This document shows, one piece after another, positions 40,501 to 55,500 of a stretch of DNA of 64,000 nucleotides. This DNA is from Blastocystis sp. Blastoise. Lineage: Eukaryota > Protista > Bigyra: Opalinata. How positions within the stretch are numbered: the stretch's first letter is position 1; every line of letters starts with the position of its first letter. Under the pieces are notes generated by a model that worked only from the letters and a program-made list of their open reading frames with translations, was not told the origin of the DNA and made no database searches. Position numbers and translations under genes: made by a program. The DNA lies in the NCBI GenBank assembly GCA_039096225.1, contig JBBPEB010000011.1:961234-1025233 (forward strand). Reading direction: 5' to 3'.

Positions 40501-43500
40501 AATTCGTTCTAATTTTGTTATTTGTGAAGAAGGTAATTATTGTATAGAAGGTATTAAATATTCTTGTCCATCTGGTTCTTATGGTAATGAAACTGGTCTT
40601 TATAATAATAATTGTAGTGGTAAATGTTTAGAAGGTTATTATTGTTTAGAAGGATCTATATCATCAATTGAAAATGAATGTGGTAATGCAAATGTATATT
40701 GTCCTTTAGGTTCTTCTTCTCCTATTAATGTTCCTTTAGGTTCTTATTCTATTCCTCTTGATGTTAATTCTACAATTCGTTCTAATTTTGTTATTTGTGA
40801 AGAAGGTAATTATTGTATAGAAGGTATTAAATATTCTTGTCCATCTGGTTCTTATGGTAATGAAACTGGTCTTTATAATAATAATTGTAGTGGTAAATGT
40901 TTAGAAGGTTATTATTGTTTAGAAGGATCTATATCATCAATTGAAAATGAATGTGGTAATGCAAATGTATATTGTCCTTTAGGTTCTTCTTCTCCTATTA
41001 ATGTTCCTTTAGGTTCTTATTCTATTCCTCTTGATGTTAATTCTACAATTCGTTCTAATTTTGTTATTTGTGAAGAAGGTAATTATTGTATAGAAGGTAT
41101 TAAATATTCTTGTCCATCTGGTTCTTATGGTAATGAAACTGGTCTTTATAATAATAATTGTAGTGGTAAATGTTTAGAAGGTTATTATTGTTTAGAAGGA
41201 TCTATATCATCAATTGAAAATGAATGTGGTAATGCAAATGTATATTGTCCTTTAGGTTCTTCTTCTCCTATTAATGTTCCTTTAGGTTCTTATTCTATTC
41301 CTCTTGATGTTAATTCTACAATTCGTTCTAATTTTGTTATTTGTGAAGAAGGTAATTATTGTATAGAAGGTATTAAATATTCTTGTCCATCTGGTTCTTA
41401 TGGTAATGAAACTGGTCTTTATAATAATAATTGTAGTGGTAAATGTTTAGAAGGTTATTATTGTTTAGAAGGATCTATATCATCAATTGAAAATGAATGT
41501 GGTAATGCAAATGTATATTGTCCTTTAGGTTCTTCTTCTCCTATTAATGTTCCTTTAGGTTCTTATTCTATTCCTCTTGATGTTAATTCTACAATTCGTT
41601 CTAATTTTGTTATTTGTGAAGAAGGTAATTATTGTATAGAAGGTATTAAATATTCTTGTCCATCTGGTTCTTATGGTAATGAAACTGGTCTTTATAATAA
41701 TAATTGTAGTGGTAAATGTTTAGAAGGTTATTATTGTTTAGAAGGATCTATATCATCAATTGAAAATGAATGTGGTAATGCAAATGTATATTGTCCTTTA
41801 GGTTCTTCTTCTCCTATTAATGTTCCTTTAGGTTCTTATTCTATTCCTCTTGATGTTAATTCTACAATTCGTTCTAATTTTGTTATTTGTGAAGAAGGTA
41901 ATTATTGTATAGAAGGTATTAAATATTCTTGTCCATCTGGTTCTTATGGTAATGAAACTGGTCTTTATAATAATAATTGTAGTGGTAAATGTTTAGAAGG
42001 TTATTATTGTTTAGAAGGATCTATATCATCAATTGAAAATGAATGTGGTAATGCAAATGTATATTGTCCTTTAGGTTCTTCTTCTCCTATTAATGTTCCT
42101 TTAGGTTCTTATTCTATTCCTCTTGATGTTAATTCTACAATTCGTTCTAATTTTGTTATTTGTGAAGAAGGTAATTATTGTATAGAAGGTATTAAATATT
42201 CTTGTCCATCTGGTTCTTATGGTAATGAAACTGGTCTTTATAATAATAATTGTAGTGGTAAATGTTTAGAAGGTTATTATTGTTTAGAAGGATCTATATC
42301 ATCAATTGAAAATGAATGTGGTAATGCAAATGTATATTGTCCTTTAGGTTCTTCTTCTCCTATTAATGTTCCTTTAGGTTCTTATTCTATTCCTCTTGAT
42401 GTTAATTCTACAATTCGTTCTAATTTTGTTATTTGTGAAGAAGGTAATTATTGTATAGAAGGTATTAAATATTCTTGTCCATCTGGTTCTTATGGTAATG
42501 AAACTGGTCTTTATAATAATAATTGTAGTGGTAAATGTTTAGAAGGTTATTATTGTTTAGAAGGATCTATATCATCAATTGAAAATGAATGTGGTAATGC
42601 AAATGTATATTGTCCTTTAGGTTCTTCTTCTCCTATTAATGTTCCTTTAGGTTCTTATTCTATTCCTCTTGATGTTAATTCTACAATTCGTTCTAATTTT
42701 GTTATTTGTGAAGAAGGTAATTATTGTATAGAAGGTATTAAATATTCTTGTCCATCTGGTTCTTATGGTAATGAAACTGGTCTTTATAATAATAATTGTA
42801 GTGGTAAATGTTTAGAAGGTTATTATTGTTTAGAAGGATCTATATCATCAATTGAAAATGAATGTGGTAATGCAAATGTATATTGTCCTTTAGGTTCTTC
42901 TTCTCCTATTAATGTTCCTTTAGGTTCTTATTCTATTCCTCTTGATGTTAATTCTACAATTCGTTCTAATTTTGTTATTTGTGAAGAAGGTAATTATTGT
43001 ATAGAAGGTATTAAATATTCTTGTCCATCTGGTTCTTATGGTAATGAAACTGGTCTTTATAATAATAATTGTAGTGGTAAATGTTTAGAAGGTTATTATT
43101 GTTTAGAAGGATCTATATCATCAATTGAAAATGAATGTGGTAATGCAAATGTATATTGTCCTTTAGGTTCTTCTTCTCCTATTAATGTTCCTTTAGGTTC
43201 TTATTCTATTCCTCTTGATGTTAATTCTACAATTCGTTCTAATTTTGTTATTTGTGAAGAAGGTAATTATTGTATAGAAGGTATTAAATATTCTTGTCCA
43301 TCTGGTTCTTATGGTAATGAAACTGGTCTTTATAATAATAATTGTAGTGGTAAATGTTTAGAAGGTTATTATTGTTTAGAAGGATCTATATCATCAATTG
43401 AAAATGAATGTGGTAATGCAAATGTATATTGTCCTTTAGGTTCTTCTTCTCCTATTAATGTTCCTTTAGGTTCTTATTCTATTCCTCTTGATGTTAATTC

Positions 43501-46500
43501 TACAATTCGTTCTAATTTTGTTATTTGTGAAGAAGGTAATTATTGTATAGAAGGTATTAAATATTCTTGTCCATCTGGTTCTTATGGTAATGAAACTGGT
43601 CTTTATAATAATAATTGTAGTGGTAAATGTTTAGAAGGTTATTATTGTTTAGAAGGATCTATATCATCAATTGAAAATGAATGTGGTAATGCAAATGTAT
43701 ATTGTCCTTTAGGTTCTTCTTCTCCTATTAATGTTCCTTTAGGTTCTTATTCTATTCCTCTTGATGTTAATTCTACAATTCGTTCTAATTTTGTTATTTG
43801 TGAAGAAGGTAATTATTGTATAGAAGGTATTAAATATTCTTGTCCATCTGGTTCTTATGGTAATGAAACTGGTCTTTATAATAATAATTGTAGTGGTAAA
43901 TGTTTAGAAGGTTATTATTGTTTAGAAGGATCTATATCATCAATTGAAAATGAATGTGGTAATGCAAATGTATATTGTCCTTTAGGTTCTTCTTCTCCTA
44001 TTAATGTTCCTTTAGGTTCTTATTCTATTCCTCTTGATGTTAATTCTACAATTCGTTCTAATTTTGTTATTTGTGAAGAAGGTAATTATTGTATAGAAGG
44101 TATTAAATATTCTTGTCCATCTGGTTCTTATGGTAATGAAACTGGTCTTTATAATAATAATTGTAGTGGTAAATGTTTAGAAGGTTATTATTGTTTAGAA
44201 GGATCTATATCATCAATTGAAAATGAATGTGGTAATGCAAATGTATATTGTCCTTTAGGTTCTTCTTCTCCTATTAATGTTCCTTTAGGTTCTTATTCTA
44301 TTCCTCTTGATGTTAATTCTACAATTCGTTCTAATTTTGTTATTTGTGAAGAAGGTAATTATTGTATAGAAGGTATTAAATATTCTTGTCCATCTGGTTC
44401 TTATGGTAATGAAACTGGTCTTTATAATAATAATTGTAGTGGTAAATGTTTAGAAGGTTATTATTGTTTAGAAGGATCTATATCATCAATTGAAAATGAA
44501 TGTGGTAATGCAAATGTATATTGTCCTTTAGGTTCTTCTTCTCCTATTAATGTTCCTTTAGGTTCTTATTCTATTCCTCTTGATGTTAATTCTACAATTC
44601 GTTCTAATTTTGTTATTTGTGAAGAAGGTAATTATTGTATAGAAGGTATTAAATATTCTTGTCCATCTGGTTCTTATGGTAATGAAACTGGTCTTTATAA
44701 TAATAATTGTAGTGGTAAATGTTTAGAAGGTTATTATTGTTTAGAAGGATCTATATCATCAATTGAAAATGAATGTGGTAATGCAAATGTATATTGTCCT
44801 TTAGGTTCTTCTTCTCCTATTAATGTTCCTTTAGGTTCTTATTCTATTCCTCTTGATGTTAATTCTACAATTCGTTCTAATTTTGTTATTTGTGAAGAAG
44901 GTAATTATTGTATAGAAGGTATTAAATATTCTTGTCCATCTGGTTCTTATGGTAATGAAACTGGTCTTTATAATAATAATTGTAGTGGTAAATGTTTAGA
45001 AGGTTATTATTGTTTAGAAGGATCTATATCATCAATTGAAAATGAATGTGGTAATGCAAATGTATATTGTCCTTTAGGTTCTTCTTCTCCTATTAATGTT
45101 CCTTTAGGTTCTTATTCTATTCCTCTTGATGTTAATTCTACAATTCGTTCTAATTTTGTTATTTGTGAAGAAGGTAATTATTGTATAGAAGGTATTAAAT
45201 ATTCTTGTCCATCTGGTTCTTATGGTAATGAAACTGGTCTTTATAATAATAATTGTAGTGGTAAATGTTTAGAAGGTTATTATTGTTTAGAAGGATCTAT
45301 ATCATCAATTGAAAATGAATGTGGTAATGCAAATGTATATTGTCCTTTAGGTTCTTCTTCTCCTATTAATGTTCCTTTAGGTTCTTATTCTATTCCTCTT
45401 GATGTTAATTCTACAATTCGTTCTAATTTTGTTATTTGTGAAGAAGGTAATTATTGTATAGAAGGTATTAAATATTCTTGTCCATCTGGTTCTTATGGTA
45501 ATGAAACTGGTCTTTATAATAATAATTGTAGTGGTAAATGTTTAGAAGGTTATTATTGTTTAGAAGGATCTATATCATCAATTGAAAATGAATGTGGTAA
45601 TGCAAATGTATATTGTCCTTTAGGTTCTTCTTCTCCTATTAATGTTCCTTTAGGTTCTTATTCTATTCCTCTTGATGTTAATTCTACAATTCGTTCTAAT
45701 TTTGTTATTTGTGAAGAAGGTAATTATTGTATAGAAGGTATTAAATATTCTTGTCCATCTGGTTCTTATGGTAATGAAACTGGTCTTTATAATAATAATT
45801 GTAGTGGTAAATGTTTAGAAGGTTATTATTGTTTAGAAGGATCTATATCATCAATTGAAAATGAATGTGGTAATGCAAATGTATATTGTCCTTTAGGTTC
45901 TTCTTCTCCTATTAATGTTCCTTTAGGTTCTTATTCTATTCCTCTTGATGTTAATTCTACAATTCGTTCTAATTTTGTTATTTGTGAAGAAGGTAATTAT
46001 TGTATAGAAGGTATTAAATATTCTTGTCCATCTGGTTCTTATGGTAATGAAACTGGTCTTTATAATAATAATTGTAGTGGTAAATGTTTAGAAGGTTATT
46101 ATTGTTTAGAAGGATCTATATCATCAATTGAAAATGAATGTGGTAATGCAAATGTATATTGTCCTTTAGGTTCTTCTTCTCCTATTAATGTTCCTTTAGG
46201 TTCTTATTCTATTCCTCTTGATGTTAATTCTACAATTCGTTCTAATTTTGTTATTTGTGAAGAAGGTAATTATTGTATAGAAGGTATTAAATATTCTTGT
46301 CCATCTGGTTCTTATGGTAATGAAACTGGTCTTTATAATAATAATTGTAGTGGTAAATGTTTAGAAGGTTATTATTGTTTAGAAGGATCTATATCATCAA
46401 TTGAAAATGAATGTGGTAATGCAAATGTATATTGTCCTTTAGGTTCTTCTTCTCCTATTAATGTTCCTTTAGGTTCTTATTCTATTCCTCTTGATGTTAA

Positions 46501-49500
46501 TTCTACAATTCGTTCTAATTTTGTTATTTGTGAAGAAGGTAATTATTGTATAGAAGGTATTAAATATTCTTGTCCATCTGGTTCTTATGGTAATGAAACT
46601 GGTCTTTATAATAATAATTGTAGTGGTAAATGTTTAGAAGGTTATTATTGTTTAGAAGGATCTATATCATCAATTGAAAATGAATGTGGTAATGCAAATG
46701 TATATTGTCCTTTAGGTTCTTCTTCTCCTATTAATGTTCCTTTAGGTTCTTATTCTATTCCTCTTGATGTTAATTCTACAATTCGTTCTAATTTTGTTAT
46801 TTGTGAAGAAGGTAATTATTGTATAGAAGGTATTAAATATTCTTGTCCATCTGGTTCTTATGGTAATGAAACTGGTCTTTATAATAATAATTGTAGTGGT
46901 AAATGTTTAGAAGGTTATTATTGTTTAGAAGGATCTATATCATCAATTGAAAATGAATGTGGTAATGCAAATGTATATTGTCCTTTAGGTTCTTCTTCTC
47001 CTATTAATGTTCCTTTAGGTTCTTATTCTATTCCTCTTGATGTTAATTCTACAATTCGTTCTAATTTTGTTATTTGTGAAGAAGGTAATTATTGTATAGA
47101 AGGTATTAAATATTCTTGTCCATCTGGTTCTTATGGTAATGAAACTGGTCTTTATAATAATAATTGTAGTGGTAAATGTTTAGAAGGTTATTATTGTTTA
47201 GAAGGATCTATATCATCAATTGAAAATGAATGTGGTAATGCAAATGTATATTGTCCTTTAGGTTCTTCTTCTCCTATTAATGTTCCTTTAGGTTCTTATT
47301 CTATTCCTCTTGATGTTAATTCTACAATTCGTTCTAATTTTGTTATTTGTGAAGAAGGTAATTATTGTATAGAAGGTATTAAATATTCTTGTCCATCTGG
47401 TTCTTATGGTAATGAAACTGGTCTTTATAATAATAATTGTAGTGGTAAATGTTTAGAAGGTTATTATTGTTTAGAAGGATCTATATCATCAATTGAAAAT
47501 GAATGTGGTAATGCAAATGTATATTGTCCTTTAGGTTCTTCTTCTCCTATTAATGTTCCTTTAGGTTCTTATTCTATTCCTCTTGATGTTAATTCTACAA
47601 TTCGTTCTAATTTTGTTATTTGTGAAGAAGGTAATTATTGTATAGAAGGTATTAAATATTCTTGTCCATCTGGTTCTTATGGTAATGAAACTGGTCTTTA
47701 TAATAATAATTGTAGTGGTAAATGTTTAGAAGGTTATTATTGTTTAGAAGGATCTATATCATCAATTGAAAATGAATGTGGTAATGCAAATGTATATTGT
47801 CCTTTAGGTTCTTCTTCTCCTATTAATGTTCCTTTAGGTTCTTATTCTATTCCTCTTGATGTTAATTCTACAATTCGTTCTAATTTTGTTATTTGTGAAG
47901 AAGGTAATTATTGTATAGAAGGTATTAAATATTCTTGTCCATCTGGTTCTTATGGTAATGAAACTGGTCTTTATAATAATAATTGTAGTGGTAAATGTTT
48001 AGAAGGTTATTATTGTTTAGAAGGATCTATATCATCAATTGAAAATGAATGTGGTAATGCAAATGTATATTGTCCTTTAGGTTCTTCTTCTCCCTATTAA
48101 TGTTCCTTTAGGTTCTTATTCTATTCCTCTTGATGTTAATTCTACAATTCGTTCTAATTTTGTTATTTGTGAAGAAGGTAATTATTGTATAGAAGGTATT
48201 AAATATTCTTGTCCATCTGGTTCTTATGGTAATGAAACTGGTCTTTATAATAATAATTGTAGTGGTAAATGTTTAGAAGGTTATTATTGTTTAGAAGGAT
48301 CTATATCATCAATTGAAAATGAATGTGGTAATGCAAATGTATATTGTCCTTTAGGTTCTTCTTCTCCTATTAATGTTCCTTTAGGTTCTTATTCTATTCC
48401 TCTTGATGTTAATTCTACAATTCGTTCTAATTTTGTTATTTGTGAAGAAGGTAATTATTGTATAGAAGGTATTAAATATTCTTGTCCATCTGGTTCTTAT
48501 GGTAATGAAACTGGTCTTTATAATAATAATTGTAGTGGTAAATGTTTAGAAGGTTATTATTGTTTAGAAGGATCTATATCATCAATTGAAAATGAATGTG
48601 GTAATGCAAATGTATATTGTCCTTTAGGTTCTTCTTCTCCTATTAATGTTCCTTTAGGTTCTTATTCTATTCCTCTTGATGTTAATTCTACAATTCGTTC
48701 TAATTTTGTTATTTGTGAAGAAGGTAATTATTGTATAGAAGGTATTAAATATTCTTGTCCATCTGGTTCTTATGGTAATGAAACTGGTCTTTATAATAAT
48801 AATTGTAGTGGTAAATGTTTAGAAGGTTATTATTGTTTAGAAGGATCTATATCATCAATTGAAAATGAATGTGGTAATGCAAATGTATATTGTCCTTTAG
48901 GTTCTTCTTCTCCTATTAATGTTCCTTTAGGTTCTTATTCTATTCCTCTTGATGTTAATTCTACAATTCGTTCTAATTTTGTTATTTGTGAAGAAGGTAA
49001 TTATTGTATAGAAGGTATTAAATATTCTTGTCCATCTGGTTCTTATGGTAATGAAACTGGTCTTTATAATAATAATTGTAGTGGTAAATGTTTAGAAGGT
49101 TATTATTGTTTAGAAGGATCTATATCATCAATTGAAAATGAATGTGGTAATGCAAATGTATATTGTCCTTTAGGTTCTTCTTCTCCTATTAATGTTCCTT
49201 TAGGTTCTTATTCTATTCCTCTTGATGTTAATTCTACAATTCGTTCTAATTTTGTTATTTGTGAAGAAGGTAATTATTGTATAGAAGGTATTAAATATTC
49301 TTGTCCATCTGGTTCTTATGGTAATGAAACTGGTCTTTATAATAATAATTGTAGTGGTAAATGTTTAGAAGGTTATTATTGTTTAGAAGGATCTATATCA
49401 TCAATTGAAAATGAATGTGGTAATGCAAATGTATATTGTCCTTTAGGTTCTTCTTCTCCTATTAATGTTCCTTTAGGTTCTTATTCTATTCCTCTTGATG

Positions 49501-52500
49501 TTAATTCTACAATTCGTTCTAATTTTGTTATTTGTGAAGAAGGTAATTATTGTATAGAAGGTATTAAATATTCTTGTCCATCTGGTTCTTATGGTAATGA
49601 AACTGGTCTTTATAATAATAATTGTAGTGGTAAATGTTTAGAAGGTTATTATTGTTTAGAAGGATCTATATCATCAATTGAAAATGAATGTGGTAATGCA
49701 AATGTATATTGTCCTTTAGGTTCTTCTTCTCCTATTAATGTTCCTTTAGGTTCTTATTCTATTCCTCTTGATGTTAATTCTACAATTCGTTCTAATTTTG
49801 TTATTTGTGAAGAAGGTAATTATTGTATAGAAGGTATTAAATATTCTTGTCCATCTGGTTCTTATGGTAATGAAACTGGTCTTTATAATAATAATTGTAG
49901 TGGTAAATGTTTAGAAGGTTATTATTGTTTAGAAGGATCTATATCATCAATTGAAAATGAATGTGGTAATGCAAATGTATATTGTCCTTTAGGTTCTTCT
50001 TCTCCTATTAATGTTCCTTTAGGTTCTTATTCTATTCCTCTTGATGTTAATTCTACAATTCGTTCTAATTTTGTTATTTGTGAAGAAGGTAATTATTGTA
50101 TAGAAGGTATTAAATATTCTTGTCCATCTGGTTCTTATGGTAATGAAACTGGTCTTTATAATAATAATTGTAGTGGTAAATGTTTAGAAGGTTATTATTG
50201 TTTAGAAGGATCTATATCATCAATTGAAAATGAATGTGGTAATGCAAATGTATATTGTCCTTTAGGTTCTTCTTCTCCTATTAATGTTCCTTTAGGTTCT
50301 TATTCTATTCCTCTTGATGTTAATTCTACAATTCGTTCTAATTTTGTTATTTGTGAAGAAGGTAATTATTGTATAGAAGGTATTAAATATTCTTGTCCAT
50401 CTGGTTCTTATGGTAATGAAACTGGTCTTTATAATAATAATTGTAGTGGTAAATGTTTAGAAGGTTATTATTGTTTAGAAGGATCTATATCATCAATTGA
50501 AAATGAATGTGGTAATGCAAATGTATATTGTCCTTTAGGTTCTTCTTCTCCTATTAATGTTCCTTTAGGTTCTTATTCTATTCCTCTTGATGTTAATTCT
50601 ACAATTCGTTCTAATTTTGTTATTTGTGAAGAAGGTAATTATTGTATAGAAGGTATTAAATATTCTTGTCCATCTGGTTCTTATGGTAATGAAACTGGTC
50701 TTTATAATAATAATTGTAGTGGTAAATGTTTAGAAGGTTATTATTGTTTAGAAGGATCTATATCATCAATTGAAAATGAATGTGGTAATGCAAATGTATA
50801 TTGTCCTTTAGGTTCTTCTTCTCCTATTAATGTTCCTTTAGGTTCTTATTCTATTCCTCTTGATGTTAATTCTACAATTCGTTCTAATTTTGTTATTTGT
50901 GAAGAAGGTAATTATTGTATAGAAGGTATTAAATATTCTTGTCCATCTGGTTCTTATGGTAATGAAACTGGTCTTTATAATAATAATTGTAGTGGTAAAT
51001 GTTTAGAAGGTTATTATTGTTTAGAAGGATCTATATCATCAATTGAAAATGAATGTGGTAATGCAAATGTATATTGTCCTTTAGGTTCTTCTTCTCCTAT
51101 TAATGTTCCTTTAGGTTCTTATTCTATTCCTCTTGATGTTAATTCTACAATTCGTTCTAATTTTGTTATTTGTGAAGAAGGTAATTATTGTATAGAAGGT
51201 ATTAAATATTCTTGTCCATCTGGTTCTTATGGTAATGAAACTGGTCTTTATAATAATAATTGTAGTGGTAAATGTTTAGAAGGTTATTATTGTTTAGAAG
51301 GATCTATATCATCAATTGAAAATGAATGTGGTAATGCAAATGTATATTGTCCTTTAGGTTCTTCTTCTCCTATTAATGTTCCTTTAGGTTCTTATTCTAT
51401 TCCTCTTGATGTTAATTCTACAATTCGTTCTAATTTTGTTATTTGTGAAGAAGGTAATTATTGTATAGAAGGTATTAAATATTCTTGTCCATCTGGTTCT
51501 TATGGTAATGAAACTGGTCTTTATAATAATAATTGTAGTGGTAAATGTTTAGAAGGTTATTATTGTTTAGAAGGATCTATATCATCAATTGAAAATGAAT
51601 GTGGTAATGCAAATGTATATTGTCCTTTAGGTTCTTCTTCTCCTATTAATGTTCCTTTAGGTTCTTATTCTATTCCTCTTGATGTTAATTCTACAATTCG
51701 TTCTAATTTTGTTATTTGTGAAGAAGGTAATTATTGTATAGAAGGTATTAAATATTCTTGTCCATCTGGTTCTTATGGTAATGAAACTGGTCTTTATAAT
51801 AATAATTGTAGTGGTAAATGTTTAGAAGGTTATTATTGTTTAGAAGGATCTATATCATCAATTGAAAATGAATGTGGTAATGCAAATGTATATTGTCCTT
51901 TAGGTTCTTCTTCTCCTATTAATGTTCCTTTAGGTTCTTATTCTATTCCTCTTGATGTTAATTCTACAATTCGTTCTAATTTTGTTATTTGTGAAGAAGG
52001 TAATTATTGTATAGAAGGTATTAAATATTCTTGTCCATCTGGTTCTTATGGTAATGAAACTGGTCTTTATAATAATAATTGTAGTGGTAAATGTTTAGAA
52101 GGTTATTATTGTTTAGAAGGATCTATATCATCAATTGAAAATGAATGTGGTAATGCAAATGTATATTGTCCTTTAGGTTCTTCTTCTCCTATTAATGTTC
52201 CTTTAGGTTCTTATTCTATTCCTCTTGATGTTAATTCTACAATTCGTTCTAATTTTGTTATTTGTGAAGAAGGTAATTATTGTATAGAAGGTATTAAATA
52301 TTCTTGTCCATCTGGTTCTTATGGTAATGAAACTGGTCTTTATAATAATAATTGTAGTGGTAAATGTTTAGAAGGTTATTATTGTTTAGAAGGATCTATA
52401 TCATCAATTGAAAATGAATGTGGTAATGCAAATGTATATTGTCCTTTAGGTTCTTCTTCTCCTATTAATGTTCCTTTAGGTTCTTATTCTATTCCTCTTG

Positions 52501-55500
52501 ATGTTAATTCTACAATTCGTTCTAATTTTGTTATTTGTGAAGAAGGTAATTATTGTATAGAAGGTATTAAATATTCTTGTCCATCTGGTTCTTATGGTAA
52601 TGAAACTGGTCTTTATAATAATAATTGTAGTGGTAAATGTTTAGAAGGTTATTATTGTTTAGAAGGATCTATATCATCAATTGAAAATGAATGTGGTAAT
52701 GCAAATGTATATTGTCCTTTAGGTTCTTCTTCTCCTATTAATGTTCCTTTAGGTTCTTATTCTATTCCTCTTGATGTTAATTCTACAATTCGTTCTAATT
52801 TTGTTATTTGTGAAGAAGGTAATTATTGTATAGAAGGTATTAAATATTCTTGTCCATCTGGTTCTTATGGTAATGAAACTGGTCTTTATAATAATAATTG
52901 TAGTGGTAAATGTTTAGAAGGTTATTATTGTTTAGAAGGATCTATATCATCAATTGAAAATGAATGTGGTAATGCAAATGTATATTGTCCTTTAGGTTCT
53001 TCTTCTCCTATTAATGTTCCTTTAGGTTCTTATTCTATTCCTCTTGATGTTAATTCTACAATTCGTTCTAATTTTGTTATTTGTGAAGAAGGTAATTATT
53101 GTATAGAAGGTATTAAATATTCTTGTCCATCTGGTTCTTATGGTAATGAAACTGGTCTTTATAATAATAATTGTAGTGGTAAATGTTTAGAAGGTTATTA
53201 TTGTTTAGAAGGATCTATATCATCAATTGAAAATGAATGTGGTAATGCAAATGTATATTGTCCTTTAGGTTCTTCTTCTCCTATTAATGTTCCTTTAGGT
53301 TCTTATTCTATTCCTCTTGATGTTAATTCTACAATTCGTTCTAATTTTGTTATTTGTGAAGAAGGTAATTATTGTATAGAAGGTATTAAATATTCTTGTC
53401 CATCTGGTTCTTATGGTAATGAAACTGGTCTTTATAATAATAATTGTAGTGGTAAATGTTTAGAAGGTTATTATTGTTTAGAAGGATCTATATCATCAAT
53501 TGAAAATGAATGTGGTAATGCAAATGTATATTGTCCTTTAGGTTCTTCTTCTCCTATTAATGTTCCTTTAGGTTCTTATTCTATTCCTCTTGATGTTAAT
53601 TCTACAATTCGTTCTAATTTTGTTATTTGTGAAGAAGGTAATTATTGTATAGAAGGTATTAAATATTCTTGTCCATCTGGTTCTTATGGTAATGAAACTG
53701 GTCTTTATAATAATAATTGTAGTGGTAAATGTTTAGAAGGTTATTATTGTTTAGAAGGATCTATATCATCAATTGAAAATGAATGTGGTAATGCAAATGT
53801 ATATTGTCCTTTAGGTTCTTCTTCTCCTATTAATGTTCCTTTAGGTTCTTATTCTATTCCTCTTGATGTTAATTCTACAATTCGTTCTAATTTTGTTATT
53901 TGTGAAGAAGGTAATTATTGTATAGAAGGTATTAAATATTCTTGTCCATCTGGTTCTTATGGTAATGAAACTGGTCTTTATAATAATAATTGTAGTGGTA
54001 AATGTTTAGAAGGTTATTATTGTTTAGAAGGATCTATATCATCAATTGAAAATGAATGTGGTAATGCAAATGTATATTGTCCTTTAGGTTCTTCTTCTCC
54101 TATTAATGTTCCTTTAGGTTCTTATTCTATTCCTCTTGATGTTAATTCTACAATTCGTTCTAATTTTGTTATTTGTGAAGAAGGTAATTATTGTATAGAA
54201 GGTATTAAATATTCTTGTCCATCTGGTTCTTATGGTAATGAAACTGGTCTTTATAATAATAATTGTAGTGGTAAATGTTTAGAAGGTTATTATTGTTTAG
54301 AAGGATCTATATCATCAATTGAAAATGAATGTGGTAATGCAAATGTATATTGTCCTTTAGGTTCTTCTTCTCCTATTAATGTTCCTTTAGGTTCTTATTC
54401 TATTCCTCTTGATGTTAATTCTACAATTCGTTCTAATTTTGTTATTTGTGAAGAAGGTAATTATTGTATAGAAGGTATTAAATATTCTTGTCCATCTGGT
54501 TCTTATGGTAATGAAACTGGTCTTTATAATAATAATTGTAGTGGTAAATGTTTAGAAGGTTATTATTGTTTAGAAGGATCTATATCATCAATTGAAAATG
54601 AATGTGGTAATGCAAATGTATATTGTCCTTTAGGTTCTTCTTCTCCTATTAATGTTCCTTTAGGTTCTTATTCTATTCCTCTTGATGTTAATTCTACAAT
54701 TCGTTCTAATTTTGTTATTTGTGAAGAAGGTAATTATTGTATAGAAGGTATTAAATATTCTTGTCCATCTGGTTCTTATGGTAATGAAACTGGTCTTTAT
54801 AATAATAATTGTAGTGGTAAATGTTTAGAAGGTTATTATTGTTTAGAAGGATCTATATCATCAATTGAAAATGAATGTGGTAATGCAAATGTATATTGTC
54901 CTTTAGGTTCTTCTTCTCCTATTAATGTTCCTTTAGGTTCTTATTCTATTCCTCTTGATGTTAATTCTACAATTCGTTCTAATTTTGTTATTTGTGAAGA
55001 AGGTAATTATTGTATAGAAGGTATTAAATATTCTTGTCCATCTGGTTCTTATGGTAATGAAACTGGTCTTTATAATAATAATTGTAGTGGTAAATGTTTA
55101 GAAGGTTATTATTGTTTAGAAGGATCTATATCATCAATTGAAAATGAATGTGGTAATGCAAATGTATATTGTCCTTTAGGTTCTTCTTCTCCTATTAATG
55201 TTCCTTTAGGTTCTTATTCTATTCCTCTTGATGTTAATTCTACAATTCGTTCTAATTTTGTTATTTGTGAAGAAGGTAATTATTGTATAGAAGGTATTAA
55301 ATATTCTTGTCCATCTGGTTCTTATGGTAATGAAACTGGTCTTTATAATAATAATTGTAGTGGTAAATGTTTAGAAGGTTATTATTGTTTAGAAGGATCT
55401 ATATCATCAATTGAAAATGAATGTGGTAATGCAAATGTATATTGTCCTTTAGGTTCTTCTTCTCCTATTAATGTTCCTTTAGGTTCTTATTCTATTCCTC

